Shown: positions 24,900 to 37,400 of the stretch, piece by piece
Numbering within the stretch: position 1 is the first letter of the stretch
How the letters are laid out: every line of letters begins with the position of its first letter
Assembly (NCBI GenBank): GCA_013265495.1
Contig: MU058337.1
Location: 6,678,716-6,742,715, forward strand
Direction of reading: 5' to 3'
DNA from: Vicugna vicugna
Taxonomy: Eukaryota
Length of the DNA: 64,000 bases
Made by a program: the position numbers and the translations under genes
Notes under the pieces: generated by a model
What the model was told of the DNA's origin: nothing
Database searches by the model: none
The model's input: only the letters and a program-made list of their open reading frames with translations

Positions 24900-27600
24900 G
24901 GTGGATTCCATCAGACAGAGAGGCCCTCAGTGTAAGTGTCATAGACCTTCCAGAAGACGACAACAGAGGAAGTGCGGGGAGAAGGGGACTGTACGTCAAG
25001 AGGTAAACAGCTAAGAGTCTTCCAGAATTAGTAAAGAATATAAATACTCAGACTGAAAATGCAGGAGTCCCAAGAAGGATAATAAATGAAACTTATTTCT
25101 AGATCCATTATAGTGAAACAGAGAAAGAAATCCTTAGAAGTGTGAACAAAAAAGCACAAAAGCGCTCATTACACAAGGGTTAAATCACAACCCACTGCAG
25201 TCACCCACTGACTGTGCCCTCGGGAGGATTCAGGATGGAGAACTAGGATGAGGTGCTCTGGGCTTTAGATAAACAGGCCCCTAGACAGCCAGATGCCTGT
25301 CTCAGGAAGAATTTCCATGACTCCAGATTCTTGCACCTTCACATACATAGAAAACACTAAAATTAACTCGAGATATCTGTTCTGTGCGATCAGCAGCCCT
25401 CTTTTATCGAGATGTATGCTTAACTGCCTGTATTTCCTAACCGAAACATCCATATATATACTGGCTCCTCCCCAACTTCAGGGCAGCTCCTCAGACAAGT
25501 CCCCCAGGCTGCAGTCCTCAGTAAGACCCTGAATTAAACTTAAACTCACAACTCTTATATTGTGCATTTTTCTTTAAGTCAACAAAAGTAACCAGAGATC
25601 ACATACAGACTGCCCGGAAAGGAAAAACAATTAACTATGAGCAGATAACAGCAACAAAAACTATGAGATCCTTAGGAATAAATTTAATAATAAATATATA
25701 ATGCCTTTATGGAAAGCTATAAAACTACAATAGGGTCATTAAAAAAAAAACTCTAATGACAAAGATATTACAACATCATATCCACAAATGGGAAGATGTA
25801 AAATGGTTAAGATACCAAGTTTCATCAAATTAATATATAAATTCAATATAATTCCAAATAAAATCTTAGGGTTTTTGGTTGGAACTCAAACGTCAATCTT
25901 AAAGTTCCTATGGAATACTAGGGTTTAAATTTCTAGAACATAATGTTGGGAGAAAAGAGCCGGACACGAAAGACTGCATACGTTATGAGCCCATTTTGTG
26001 GATGGAGCAATCTGAACTATCTATCAAGTGGGAAGACCAGTGTGCACCAGGTGAGCAGCCATGGGAGGGAGGGGCGCCCAGCGCTTTGGGGTGGGCGGGG
26101 CTCTGACCTGCGTGGGTTTTTATGGGTATGTTCACTTCACATGATTTGTTTGGGTTCGTGACATTTCTAGTTTATGTACATTTTAGTATGTGTTCTTTAT
26201 CATAGTAAAAAGAGTTAAAAACAAAGGATCCAGAATAGACAAGGTAATTTTAGAGAAACAGAATAAGGCCTACCAGATTTCAAAGTATGCTACAAAGTCT
26301 GAGTAATGAAAACAGTGTGGTCTTTACGTAGAGCTACCCAAATAGACGTAAAGAGCAAGAGCAGAGAAGCTGATTCTTGTGTACAGGCACCTGGTCCACC
26401 ACAGAAACGGGTCCACTGGAGGGGACAAGGATACACAGGTGACACACTACGATAAAGACAAAATGGGTCCCCCTTCCTGACACTGTACATAACTCCCAAC
26501 GGACTAAGGACACAAACATAGTTTACGAAACTGAAAATTTTTCTGCACAAAATATAGAAGGAACATCTTTTTGGCACTGGGGTGGGGAAGGATTTTTAAA
26601 TAAGAAACATAAAGCCCCAACTATGAAAGGAAACACACATTCATCCACTTTTCAATTTAAAACCCACAGTGCACTAACAGTTACCATAAATCAAGTGAAA
26701 CACAAGGAAGAGCCCGGGAGAAGGTACTTAGGATTCTTGTTGTCAACAAAGGGAGCATCAGAACATAAAGAAACTATCAACTTGTAAGAAAAAGACAATC
26801 AACCCAATTTAAAAAGCAGAGGAAAAGGTAGTTTCAGAAAAGGAAACTCAAATGGCCAACAAACACATGAAAGGATATTTATTCTCACTGGTCTTTAGGG
26901 AAACGCAACCTGAAATGAAGAATGTTAAATACAATAATAATTGGCAAAAACAGAAAAATTTGGTTTCAAGTTTTGGTGAGGATGAGGGGGAAATGAGAAC
27001 TTTCACACACACAGTCCTGAGCGAAGGTAAGCGGTACAACACTTGGGAGAGCGAGCTGACAACACCCAGCAGAACTGTCGAGGGGGTAGGTACTCAATTG
27101 CGAAGCTCTGTGTAGCAGCCAGAAAACGGGAACAGTGTTCCAGCAGAGGAATGGCTAAAGAGTGGTTAATTCAAGCCACAGAATACTAAACAGCAGGTAA
27201 ATAAACTCAGTGTACATGCATTAATACGCTTCTAAAAAGGTATCATATATTGTATTCATCTTTTTGCAAAATTTCAAAACACAAAATGCTCGTATTTACT
27301 GTTTATGGACACATACTCATGTAGTAACTACAGAACCATGGAGAGTGGTTTCTTCTGCAGCAGGATGATAAGGGGGAGGGAAGGGGAGGTGTGTGGGTGG
27401 GCAGCACTATCTGTAACAAATATATATATATATATTTTTTTGACAAAAAAAGAGATAGGAAGTAAATGTGGCAAAAATATATACAATGAACTGAAGGCGA
27501 GGACACTGAAATTTCTTCTCTGAAGATCTGGGTAGAAAGGAAAACAGAAAATGGAGCTGTGTAACAGTAAAATAACACTGATTTAGCTTAAGACAGTAAA
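24900..27600 (+). mobile_element. Fragmented ancient L1 remnants (ORF1-like, ORF2 and 3'UTR pieces), interrupted by an LTR
   Basis: TCCAGAATTAGTAAAGA; TTAATATATAAATTCAATATAATTCCAAT; AATGGCCAACAAACACATGAAAGGAT. No intact ORF. Confidence 0.65.
25141..25584 (+). mobile_element. Solo ERV LTR (ERV1-like), 444 bp
   Basis: TG...CA termini (TGTGAAC...GTCAACA), 4-bp flanks GAAG/AAAG (one mismatch), TATA-like CATATATATA (25451-25460) and ATTAAA (25533-25538). Confidence 0.75.
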
Positions 27601-27679
27601 ATATTATAAATGTAACAAAATGTGAAAAAATTGATTAAATAACTGTGAGATTTGAATTAAATAAAAATTTTAACTTGTT

Positions 27680-28420
27680 CTTTCTTTTTTCAGTCTCAAA
27701 GTATCCAACTGTGATTGTGAACCGGTCTCTTTCTTCTTTAGTCCTATTTTAACTTCATGTATTTGGAAGCTGTTATTAGGCATACATACATTGACCCTTT
27801 TATCACAATAAAGTATCCATCCCTCTTTGCTTTAAGTAATACTCATACAGAACTCTGCTTTGTCTGATATTATGTGGCCATTTCAGCTTCCTGTTTCCAT
27901 GGTTTATCTTTCTTCATTCTTTTACTTTCAATCTTTTTTGTGTGTCTGTGTTTAAAGTTTGTCTTGTAGCCACCAGACAGCAGTTTCTTGCTTTTAAATC
28001 CACTCTGAAAATCTCTGTCTTTGATGAGAGTGTTTAGCAATTCACACTTCGTGTACTTAACTTGATACAGTTGAATCTCGCTATTTGGTTCTGTCTCATC
28101 TGTTTTTTGTTCTTTGTTCCTACTTTCCTACTTTCTTTTGTGTTAGGCAAATTTTTTTGTATTTAATCTTGAATTGTTTAGTGGAATTTTTATAGCAACA
28201 TCTCACTTTTATAGAAATATCTCATTTTTTACCATTGAATAATTCCATTTTTCCATTGAATTATTCCATAATTCTATTGAACATCACCCCCATCCACTGT
28301 GCTCCTTTTCTGTCTTATATATTACACCTATATGCCTGTGGACTCACTAATACTGTGTTATTTATGGTTTATGTAGTCATATGTCTTTTAAAGAAATAAG
28401 GAAAAATAATGAAAATATAT
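27680..28420 (-). mobile_element. Ancient L1 remnant (ORF2 5'/endonuclease region)
   Basis: T-rich antisense L1 motifs (GAAGCTGTTATTAGG; TCTGCTTTGTCTGATATTA; AATCCACTCTGAAAATCTCTGTCTTT). Confidence 0.7.
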
Positions 28421-29050
28421 AATTGTTGCTTGTACTTAAGGAGTTCACAATTTAGTAGGGGTTCCTAATGTAGGGGGCAGGAGGTCATAGATTCCTTCAA
28501 GGAATTGAGGAAGGCTAATGACTTTTATTCTCTTGCCTGTATCTATCACCCCCACCATCATGTATAGTTATGAAACTATGCATTCAATTTTAGTAGGGTC
28601 AGCCCATGAAAAATTAGGACATCCTACCCAGTAATAAGTACAGGTCTGCAAATTCTGCCAGGGATAATACAGGGTTTTGTGCTCACTGACTTAAAGTTCT
28701 ATTCTAAGGGTTACTTCTTATTTGAATGTACACTCTGGAAGGGGGGAGAATATTGGTTGGTTTTGATCACTGTTTGGCCTCTGTGCCTAGAACAGTGCCT
28801 GGCACGTATTAAGTATCATATAAGTATCGGCTCAGAGAATGGCAAATGAACGAATGGTCCACAAAAATAAAGTATGTTATCTTAGATTCTTTTACAGGAA
28901 ATTGGAAAGTTGCCAGTAGACACAGTTCTTTGGTCCTAAGTTCATACTTCCCCTATGACAAAAAGGTAGAGTTCACCTATTCACACTTCCAGTATGTCAG
29001 CATGACCTCAAGTTGTCAAACAATAAAGTGCAATTGTGAAATGTATTAGG

Positions 29051-30299
29051 TGATGAAATAAAAATTCCTATTTCAAGGCAAGACAAGAAAAATTAAAACA
29101 TAAATTTGTCTCTGACTGTTGTCTTCCTCCCTCCCCTCCAGTGTGCACTGTGTATCTGTATTATGTGTTAACCAGACCTCCCCAACGGCAGAAATACCTA
29201 CTCAGCCATAAAGATCAATTTTCCCTCTTCTGACGCCAGCTATGTAACTCCTTAGAAGATAACATTCCTTTCTCAGTACTGCAAGGCATTGCAGTGACCC
29301 ACCACTAGGCTTACAAGCACAGGCACCTTTGGTGAACTTTATGTACAATGCCAACGTAACATTTTCTTTAAACGTAGATGTTGGTGCAGAACAGACTGGT
29401 CAGACAACCTGGGGAGACACTGGGCCACACCTAATAGAAGCTCTTAGATACTTACTCAAGACCTTATTAATGTTACTAGCTATATTCCTTGTATTATGCC
29501 TATTTTACAGGATTATTGTTTTTTCCATTACCAAATGTGTGACAAAATTAATTCCGATTAGGAGACTTGAAATGATGGACCAAATATACAGCCCTATAAG
29601 ATCAATGACTGTAATAGTGTAACTCCAGGTATAGGAAGAAACAACAAGAGGGAACCGTTTCCTGGACCATAACAAACCAGGAAGACAGGTGTCCAGAGGC
29701 TTTCGGCTGCTGTTAACAGGGCCCAGTCCAGTAATAGCACCAAGCGGCCTCTCAACAAAACCCTCACCGGGCCTCGGAGTGAGCATTCTTAGCACCACGG
29801 GAAAAACTGGTCACAAAACGCCAACCCTGGTCAAAATTCAGACTGAAAGAGAAAGGACTGTAAAATAAAGAAAGTTGTCCACCATCCAGTTCTCCAACAA
29901 TCAAGTCATTAGCCACTGCAGTCGCCGACCACAGCACACTCTAAAAGCAGTTCACGGCGAAGATCAGGATGAGGCACTTCGTGCTCTGGGAAAACTGACA
30001 GGAATGGCCCTCAGATAGACAGCTCAGGAGAAAATGTTACGAATTCAGTTTCTTGCATCTTTCCCACACTAAACCCATTAACTAAAGAATCTGTTCCTTG
30101 CTAACGACAAGCCAGATGTGTGCTTGACTGCATGTACCCCTGCGTCAAAATCACCTATGTCCTGGCCTCCCCTTTACCTCTTCAGAACAGTTCTCAGAGT
30201 TTTCTGAAAGTCTGTCTCCTAGGCTAAAATCCTCAGGTCGGCTCGGCTGAAATTTTCCATTTCTTTCTTAGACTGACTACTGACTAATTTTTGTCAACA
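29051..30299 (+). mobile_element. Composite ERV element: LTR-like 5' part + env C-terminal remnant + polypurine tract + 3' LTR (29859-30299)
   Basis: TG...CA termini with perfect 4-bp TSD TAGG (29047-29050, 30300-30303). Internal hydrophobic ORF segment LLMLLAIFLVLCLFYRIIVF. PPT GAAAGAGAAAGGA (29845-29857) just before TGTAAAATAA. Confidence 0.8.
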
Positions 30300-32082
30300 T
30301 AGGTATTCACAAAGGATTAAAATATACAGAGCTTTAAGAGTTTAGTTTTCCTATAAATATTTGATAATCACACCACCCTACTCTATGGGAAGATGGGGGG
30401 GCGTAAGCGCATTAAACTTTACCTAAGTTAGACCTCACTGCTACCAAAAGCCTTGAGAGAGTATCACTTACTGACTATAATTACCTTACATTTACACATT
30501 ACTTTTAACTTTAATTTTCATTATCTCATAAACTCTTCTTATATTGGGACTTCTGGATGAGAATTTTCTTGAGACCCATAGAATTTGTTAAGAAAAAGAA
30601 AAAGAGGCTTTAAAAATAGACTATCTGCTCGGATTTGCATGTCAACAGGCCAGGGGAAATTCTAACGGAGGGGTTCTGGTAGGCCCTCAGAGCCAGGAAG
30701 CCCAAGAGCAAGCTGAGAGGCCCGGTGACAAGGCATGAGGCCGGAGCAGTGGCCTCGGCAGATCCAGGAGGGTCAGATACGGCAGAAAGGAACACGCAGG
30801 CTGTGCCTGTGAAGGCCAGCTAGAGCTGGAATTGGAGCATCCAAGCAGCAGGAATCAGGAAGCCTGGCCCGGAAAAGGGCCTCAGACGCCAGGGAACCAG
30901 AGAGCGTTCTGGACTACATGTGGTTGAAAGCCCAGGCCCAAGGGCCACGCCACAGCTCTGAGTTAGAGCTAGGAGCCCCCCGTAAGCCAAGAGTAGGAGC
31001 TATTCTCTCATAAACCTAACCAAGAATGTAAAACAACAGGAAGTTGATTTTGGGGGGGCCATTAATAAACATGAAAAAATAAAAAAGGACATCTGTTACA
31101 TAGGTCTAACTTCTGTAATCTAATTACAAAAATCTGATTTTTTTAGATTATTAGTCCTCTGAGAATGGGAATCATGAAATAATGCTCATCCGGCAAACAA
31201 AGAATTTAATTTGCTGGGTGGAAAACACGTGAAACCCTCTTGATTACGGAGAGTAAACCTCAACTGTCCTCTGGCCTTGTTTAATATTAGCATGAAACCA
31301 CAGCCAGCAAAGGTGAGAAACCATGACCTGGCATTAGCACTCAGGCTTCTGCTGATCTCCAGCAAACAGTGGCAGAACAAAAACTCGCTCGGCAAACTGC
31401 ACTGCCAAGGTCCTCGTGAACCATGGTCCCAACACTTAAGAAACCTATCACCTAATGGGCAGTGGGACAAACACAGGGGCGGCTTTCCTTGGGGAAAGCA
31501 CTGCTTTCACAAGACAAGGACGAGCCAAGGGAACAAATGTCCCCTTGTCCCTGGACAAGGTACATCTGAACATCTAGTATGTGTCATGCTGTGTTCTAAA
31601 TGCTGGGATACAGCAGGGGGCAAAACAAAAATCCCTGCTCTAACAGACCTTGTATTTTCTTATTCCTTCTTCTCCACTGAAAATACTAAAGAAAGACAGA
31701 AGAAAATTTGCAAATTACTTATTTTATTATGCAAAGAGTATGTATACAAATTAGAGATGCCCAAAGTTATTCCTGCCATTTGTGATTAATTATGAAATAA
31801 CTGTTCCTTTCATAACAGACAGAATCATGTGCTTTCAGCACTTACTGAGTCTTGCTATGTTTTTCTCGGTCAACTACAAAAGTGATTTCACATTAATTTC
31901 CTACAGCTCTCTTTTCTCTTTTAATATTATTTTGAAGAATCTATTTAAAACACTGGGTATCCTTCTGATTCCTGGCAAATTGAATTAGAATAGGAACAGA
32001 ATTAATTAGGCTAATAACAGATTGTTTGTTTATAACAAATTGTCTTAGAAAGTTGCTCTACGCTTTTCCTTTTGGAAAATCA

Positions 32083-32450
32083 TGCATCAGGAGGATTAGG
32101 TTAACTGCATAAAGCAGAAAACTGTAAATAAGAGTGACTTATAGACAACAGAAATTTATTTCTCCCTCATGTTAGGAAAGTTCCAACTATATTAACTGCA
32201 TTCCATGCAGTGAGAAAAGAAAATGAGGAAGAACAAAGGGCCACTTCAGGGCGCCTTCCCCAAAGTGCCACCAACATGTATGTTTACAACTCACTGGCCA
32301 GGATGCCAGGATTTAGTCCGATGGTCATATTGAGATGCAAAGGAAATTGGAAAATACGATCTTTTATTTGGGAGGCACTGCTGCCCCAAGTAAGATTAAG
32401 GTTCCACTACTAAGGAAAAAATACACCGAGAGACAAGCAGAGTCCCTGGC
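32083..32450 (-). mobile_element. MLT1-like MaLR LTR remnant
   Basis: AACTGCATAAAGCAGAAAA...AGTGACTTA...AGAAATTTATTTCTCCCTCATG; CTCACTGGCCAG...TAGTCCGATGGTCA. Confidence 0.5.
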
Positions 32451-32689
32451 ACATGCAAAATGCCTTAATCAGGAGCTAGAATGCAAAGCCTTTCACACGC
32501 TTTTTAAAAAGGGGACTACCCTCTTTAAACTTATATTCACTTTCACAAACTGATTCAACAAACCAAAATTTAGAGGAAAACAGACATCTTGAAACTTGTT
32601 TCTTCCAATGGACTAAGAATAATAAATTAAAAATGAACGTAAAGATCTAGAACAGTTCCTGTATTTATAGATACAGTTTCAGAGAAGGA

Positions 32690-35330
32690 AGAAAACTCAA
32701 TGCTAAGACCAGGAACAGGGCAAGGATGTCCATTACCACTTTTATTTAACATTATTCTAGAGGTCTTAGTTAATGCAGTGAGGCAGGAAAAATAAAAGGC
32801 ACAGATTAGAAAGAAGTAAAACATATCAACAAAACATATTTTCCTGATGACATGATCATATACGTAGAAAATCCTAAGGAATCCACAGAAAAGCTACTAG
32901 AATAAAAAATGTAGCAAAATTGCAGAATATAATAGCTATACACAGAAATCAACTACATTTCTGTGTACTAGCAACACACAATTGGAACAAAATATAAAAC
33001 AAGTCCATAGCGTCAAAACCCCACAAATACTCAGGAATGATGAAAGATATGTAGGGCCTGTACATCAAAAATGCAAAAACTGAAAAGGGGAATTAAAGAA
33101 TTGATACATAAATGTAGAGATATACTATGTTTATGAATTAGAAGACCCAATACAGTTAAAATGGTTGTATTAGTTATCTATTATTATAATCTATAAATCT
33201 ATAAATATAATATATAAATTATCAAAACTCAGTGGCTTAAAGCATAAGCATTTATCATACATACAGTTTACATCGGTCAGAAATCTAGGGGCAGCTTATT
33301 TAATTGGGTGGTTGTGGGTCTCTTAGGAAGCTGCAATCAAGATGTCAGCCTAACTGTATTCCTCTTAAGGCTTGACTGGGGCTGAAGGATTAGCTTTAAG
33401 TTGGCCTGAAAACACAACCAGCAAGTTAGTGCCGACTGCTGGCAAGAGGCCACAGCTCTTTGCCACGTGGGCCTCTCCACAGCGCTGCTTCTGTGCCCTT
33501 GTGGCAAGGCAGCTGGGTTCTTCCTCCAGAATAAACGATATTAGAGGCACAAGATGAAAGCAGCTGTGTCTTCTATGACCTGCCCTCTGGAGTCACACGC
33601 CATCATTTCTACCATATACTATTCATTGTAAGTGAATCACCAAGTATAGCCCACACTCGAGAAGAGGGGAATTAAGCTCCATCTCTTGAAGTATAAGAAT
33701 TTGTGGGCATATTTTAAAATCATCACAATGGTAATTCTCCCTAATTGAGCTCTAGTTTCAGTATAATCCCAAGCAAAATTTTAACTTTTTTTATTTTTTG
33801 AAGGAAATTATAAGTTGAAATAAAAATGCATATGGGAAGTCAATGTTCTCAAAACAGCTTAATCAATTTTGAGAAAGATGAAGAAAGTTGGAATACTTAT
33901 GTTACCTTATTTCAAGACTTACCATAAAGCAAAAGTGCTCAAGATGGTACGGTACTGGCATAAGAACAGACATAAAAAGCAGTGGAATAAAAAAGAAAAG
34001 TCAAGAAACAGATCCACGACTGGTCAACTGATTTTCAACAAAGGTGCCAGGGTAATACCGAAAGGAAGAAAGAGTCTTTTCAACAAATGTTGATGGAACA
34101 ATGCTAGATATCTGTATAGGGGAAAACAAAGAAACAAAAAAACCCTCAACCCTTAACTTCACAAAAATTACACTCAAATTGGATCTTAAACCTAAATGGT
34201 ACAGCAAAAACTGTAAGCAGATGAAAACATAGGTTAAAATCTTTGTGGCATCAGATTAACAAATATTTCTTAAATAAGGTATAAAAGCACAAATTATTTT
34301 AAAAATTGAAATACTGAATCAGGATTTAAAACTTTTGCTTATTGAAAGACATAGTTAAGGAAACAAAGAAGCAAACCACAGACTGGTATAAAGTTTTTAC
34401 AAAATATATCTAACACAGGGCTTATATCCAAAGTATAAAAAGAATTCTTTTAACTCAGTTATAAGACAAATGTAACCCACTGGAAAAGTAGGTAAAAGAT
34501 TTGAACAGATACATCACAAAGGAAGACATACAAAACAGTAGGTACATGAAAAGGTGCTCGAATCAGTCACTCGTCATTAGAGAAATGCAAATTAAAACCA
34601 CAAGATATAATGACATGCCAACTAGGATGAGAAGCTAAAATGACTGACAATGCCAAGTGCTGGCAAGGAGATGGAGCAGCTGGAACTCTCACGTATTGAT
34701 GGTGGAAATGCAAAATGGTACAGCCACTGTGTAAAATAATACGATACTACTTTATAATGTTAAACATGTACTTATCATATAATAAATTCTAGCAATTCTA
34801 CTCCCAGACATTTACCCAACAGAAATAAAAACTTTATGTCCACACAGAAGTGTGTACGCAGATTTCCACAGCAGCATTATTCATAAACCTGGAAGCAACC
34901 CAAATATTAACCAACTGATGAATGGACAAACTATGGTACAACCATACCACAGATTAATATTAATACTAGCAGCGAATGAAATAGTAATAAAACACAGATT
35001 GATCTCAAAAACATCATGTTAAGTACAATAAGTAAAACACAGAAACTTCATACTACATGATTCAAATTATATGAAATTCTAGAAAAGACAAAACTGTAGT
35101 GACATAAAGAAACTAGTGGTTACCTGGGGATGGCAGGTGTGTGAGAGAACAGAGAGCAAAAGGAATGAAAAAAATGTTCAGGGTGAGAGGACTGTTTATT
35201 CTATCTTGACTGTGGTGGTGATTACGAAACTGTATGCAATTACCAAAATTCACCAAACTGTACACTTCAAATTGGTAAGTTTTACTGTAAGTAATACTTT
35301 AATAAACAAAAGAGAAAGAAAGTTCTCACA
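32690..35330 (+). mobile_element. L1M (L1MB/MC-like) ORF2 3' half and 3'UTR, degenerate, interrupted by an MLT1 LTR
   Basis: RT-domain-like AGGGCAAGGATGTCCATTA and TGATGACATGATCATATACGTAGAAAATCC. ORF 33869-34093 (YFKTYHKAKVLKMVRYWHKNRH...QLIFNKGA) is L1 ORF2p-like. Ends AATAAACAAAA. Confidence 0.9.
33166..33727 (-). mobile_element. MLT1 (MLT1F-like) solo LTR, 562 bp
   Basis: TG...CA termini (TGTATTAG...CATCACA), perfect 5-bp TSD ATGGT (33161-33165, 33728-33732) and MLT1 motif AAAACTCAGTGGCTTAAA. Confidence 0.85.
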
Positions 35331-36809
35331 AAAAAGTAAATAAATGTAAAGATCTAGAAAGACTGAGACATTTCTAGATATATAAATCTTCTCTAAAATT
35401 TTACAAAGGGGTGGGATTTTAGCAGATTAAAAATAATCTTTGGCAATAAAAAACTTCCAACACCCTGAAAATATTCCCAGCTAACATAAACTAAGACTTT
35501 TTGCTAATAAGCTATGCTTTTGTTTATAATGAATATGTTCCAAATCATATGTGTTGATTTTACCATAATCCTTTCCCAGAGGTTACCATCAACATATAAG
35601 AAAAATATCAACACCACCAGCCCCAAAGAGGAAGGAGCACTGGACATTTCTACTTTTAAAAATCAGTGTAAACAGATAATCAAAACTGATTCAAGACTTT
35701 CTATCTCTTGATAGGAAAACAATGTGAAGACCCTGTGGGAAAATGCTCTGTGTGGCAACTGACATGTAATCTACCAGTACTCATCTGAAATGAAAAAATA
35801 CGGGCGTTTTCTTGGTAACCTCTTCCTTATCTCCATTTCTTTTTCCTCTGACCAACAGCAGTACTGACCCAGCTAAGTATGTTTAATACTATACTTTAAA
35901 GTTTCTCAAAACCTTCCTTGCCTTCATCTTGTTGTACATGACAATGCCAGAAACTCAAGACAATGAGTTTGCTGAAGGTGAGGTTTGAGCTGCATTTTTA
36001 ATCCATCATTTGGAGGACCAGTTAAACATACGTGATGATCTTAGAAGAGAAAGTACGGTACAGCTACAGACCGGATTCTTTGTATTAGGAAGAAACGAGA
36101 GGCTGCCAATGGGGTAAAGTTTTCTTGGATATTGTCTGGTCCACAAAACTTGTAACGAAGGCTGCAGGAAGCCGTTGTGGATATGTGTTTTTCAGACCCC
36201 TGGGTACTTTTAAAACTTCCTCATGTCCAAGATCTCCCTCCAGAATCATGTCTCCATTGATGAACAGGGCCTCATCTTAGTGGTGTAGTCAAAGGAAGAT
36301 CTAAGAATAGCTTTGTACGTGTCTTGTGGCTGAAACAGACATGAATGAGAGCCTTGCAATATACAGTGGATCCAGGCACTGGACCCATTGGATCACCAGA
36401 ACATCTGGCCTTTGGTCCTGGCTCTATTACCCATCAGTTGTGCAACCTGAACTTCAGCCTCCTCATCTTTAAAAAGGGAAGCCGGGTTCTCCACCACTGC
36501 AGAGATGATGTCAAGAGCCTAGAAGTGCAGTACACATTGAAAGCATCCTAATAATCACAAAGAATTACAGTGTTTTGTGGCAGAGAAATTATTATTTTGA
36601 TAATACTAAATTTTGAAACTCAACAATTAAAATGCCAGACATTTTGGTAGGAATTGGGGATTATAAAGAATAATGTACAATTCCTAAACTGAAAGGGCAG
36701 ACTCAGAGTCAGAACATAAATGAACTGGATTTTTCTAGGAAGAGAAGGGATCAAATGGTGAAAGAATGGATACAGCTAGAAGAAACTGCACGTAGTTATG
36801 ATGAAAAGC

Positions 36810-37400
36810 TACCTCTTAAGAGCAGAGACATTAATGTTCAAGTGCCTGCATTTGAATCCTGTCTCCACGACTTACCAACCTATATTCTTGGCAAATAAGT
36901 CCTCCATGTCTGTTTCTTCATCTATAAAATGGAGACAACAGTTCCTAGGTGATCAGGTTTTTATAAGGGCTAATTAAGGTAACAGACTTGTAAAGTGCTT
37001 AGAAAAGAACTATAGTAAGTCTGCTTTCTCTAGCTTATACTGTGATACCAAATTATCCCAAATTTCAGTAGCTTACAACAAAGATTTACCTCTCACTCAT
37101 GTCACATGTTGGCCACAGCCCTGCTCCACGTGTCTTCCCTGTTCTGGGGTCTGGGCTGAAGAAGCAGGTTTTATCTGGCACAAAAGGAACAAAGCGATGG
37201 TGGAACCATGCAATGGTTCTGAAAACTTCTGCTGTGAAGCACTCATCGCTTCTGCTCACAGCCTAGTGACTGATGTAAGCCACAAAGTAAAGCCTGGTTT
37301 TAACAGGCCACGTGAGGAGGGGGGACAAATATTCTGAACAAACATAACACTTGAGCAAATAATACCTACCACACGTGCCTGGAGCACGGTAAATGCCATT
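36810..37400 (+). mobile_element. MIR SINE split by an MLT1 LTR
   Basis: TTTGAATCCTGTCTCCAC...TGTTTCTTCATCTATAAAATGG...TGTAAAGTGCTTAGAA, resuming as GTGCCTGG...GTAAATG after 37373. Confidence 0.7.
37011..37373 (-). mobile_element. MLT1 (MLT1I/J-like) LTR remnant
   Basis: CCCAAATTTCAGTAGCTTACAACAAAGATTTA...CTCACTCATGTCACATGT...GCTTCTGCTCACA...CTACCACA. Confidence 0.65.

Noticed and set aside
31543..31560. Inverted repeat CCTTGTCC-CT-GGACAAGG (similar: TATGAGCA-CTTCA-TGCTCATA at 13201-13221)
   Set aside because: Isolated 8-bp stems are expected by chance in 64 kb and have no supporting context.
31277..31789. 170-aa plus-strand ORF
   Set aside because: Non-ATG start, runs through an L2-like fragment, no recognisable family.
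33869..34093. 74-aa ORF with L1 ORF2p similarity
   Set aside because: Fragment of a decayed L1, not a host gene.
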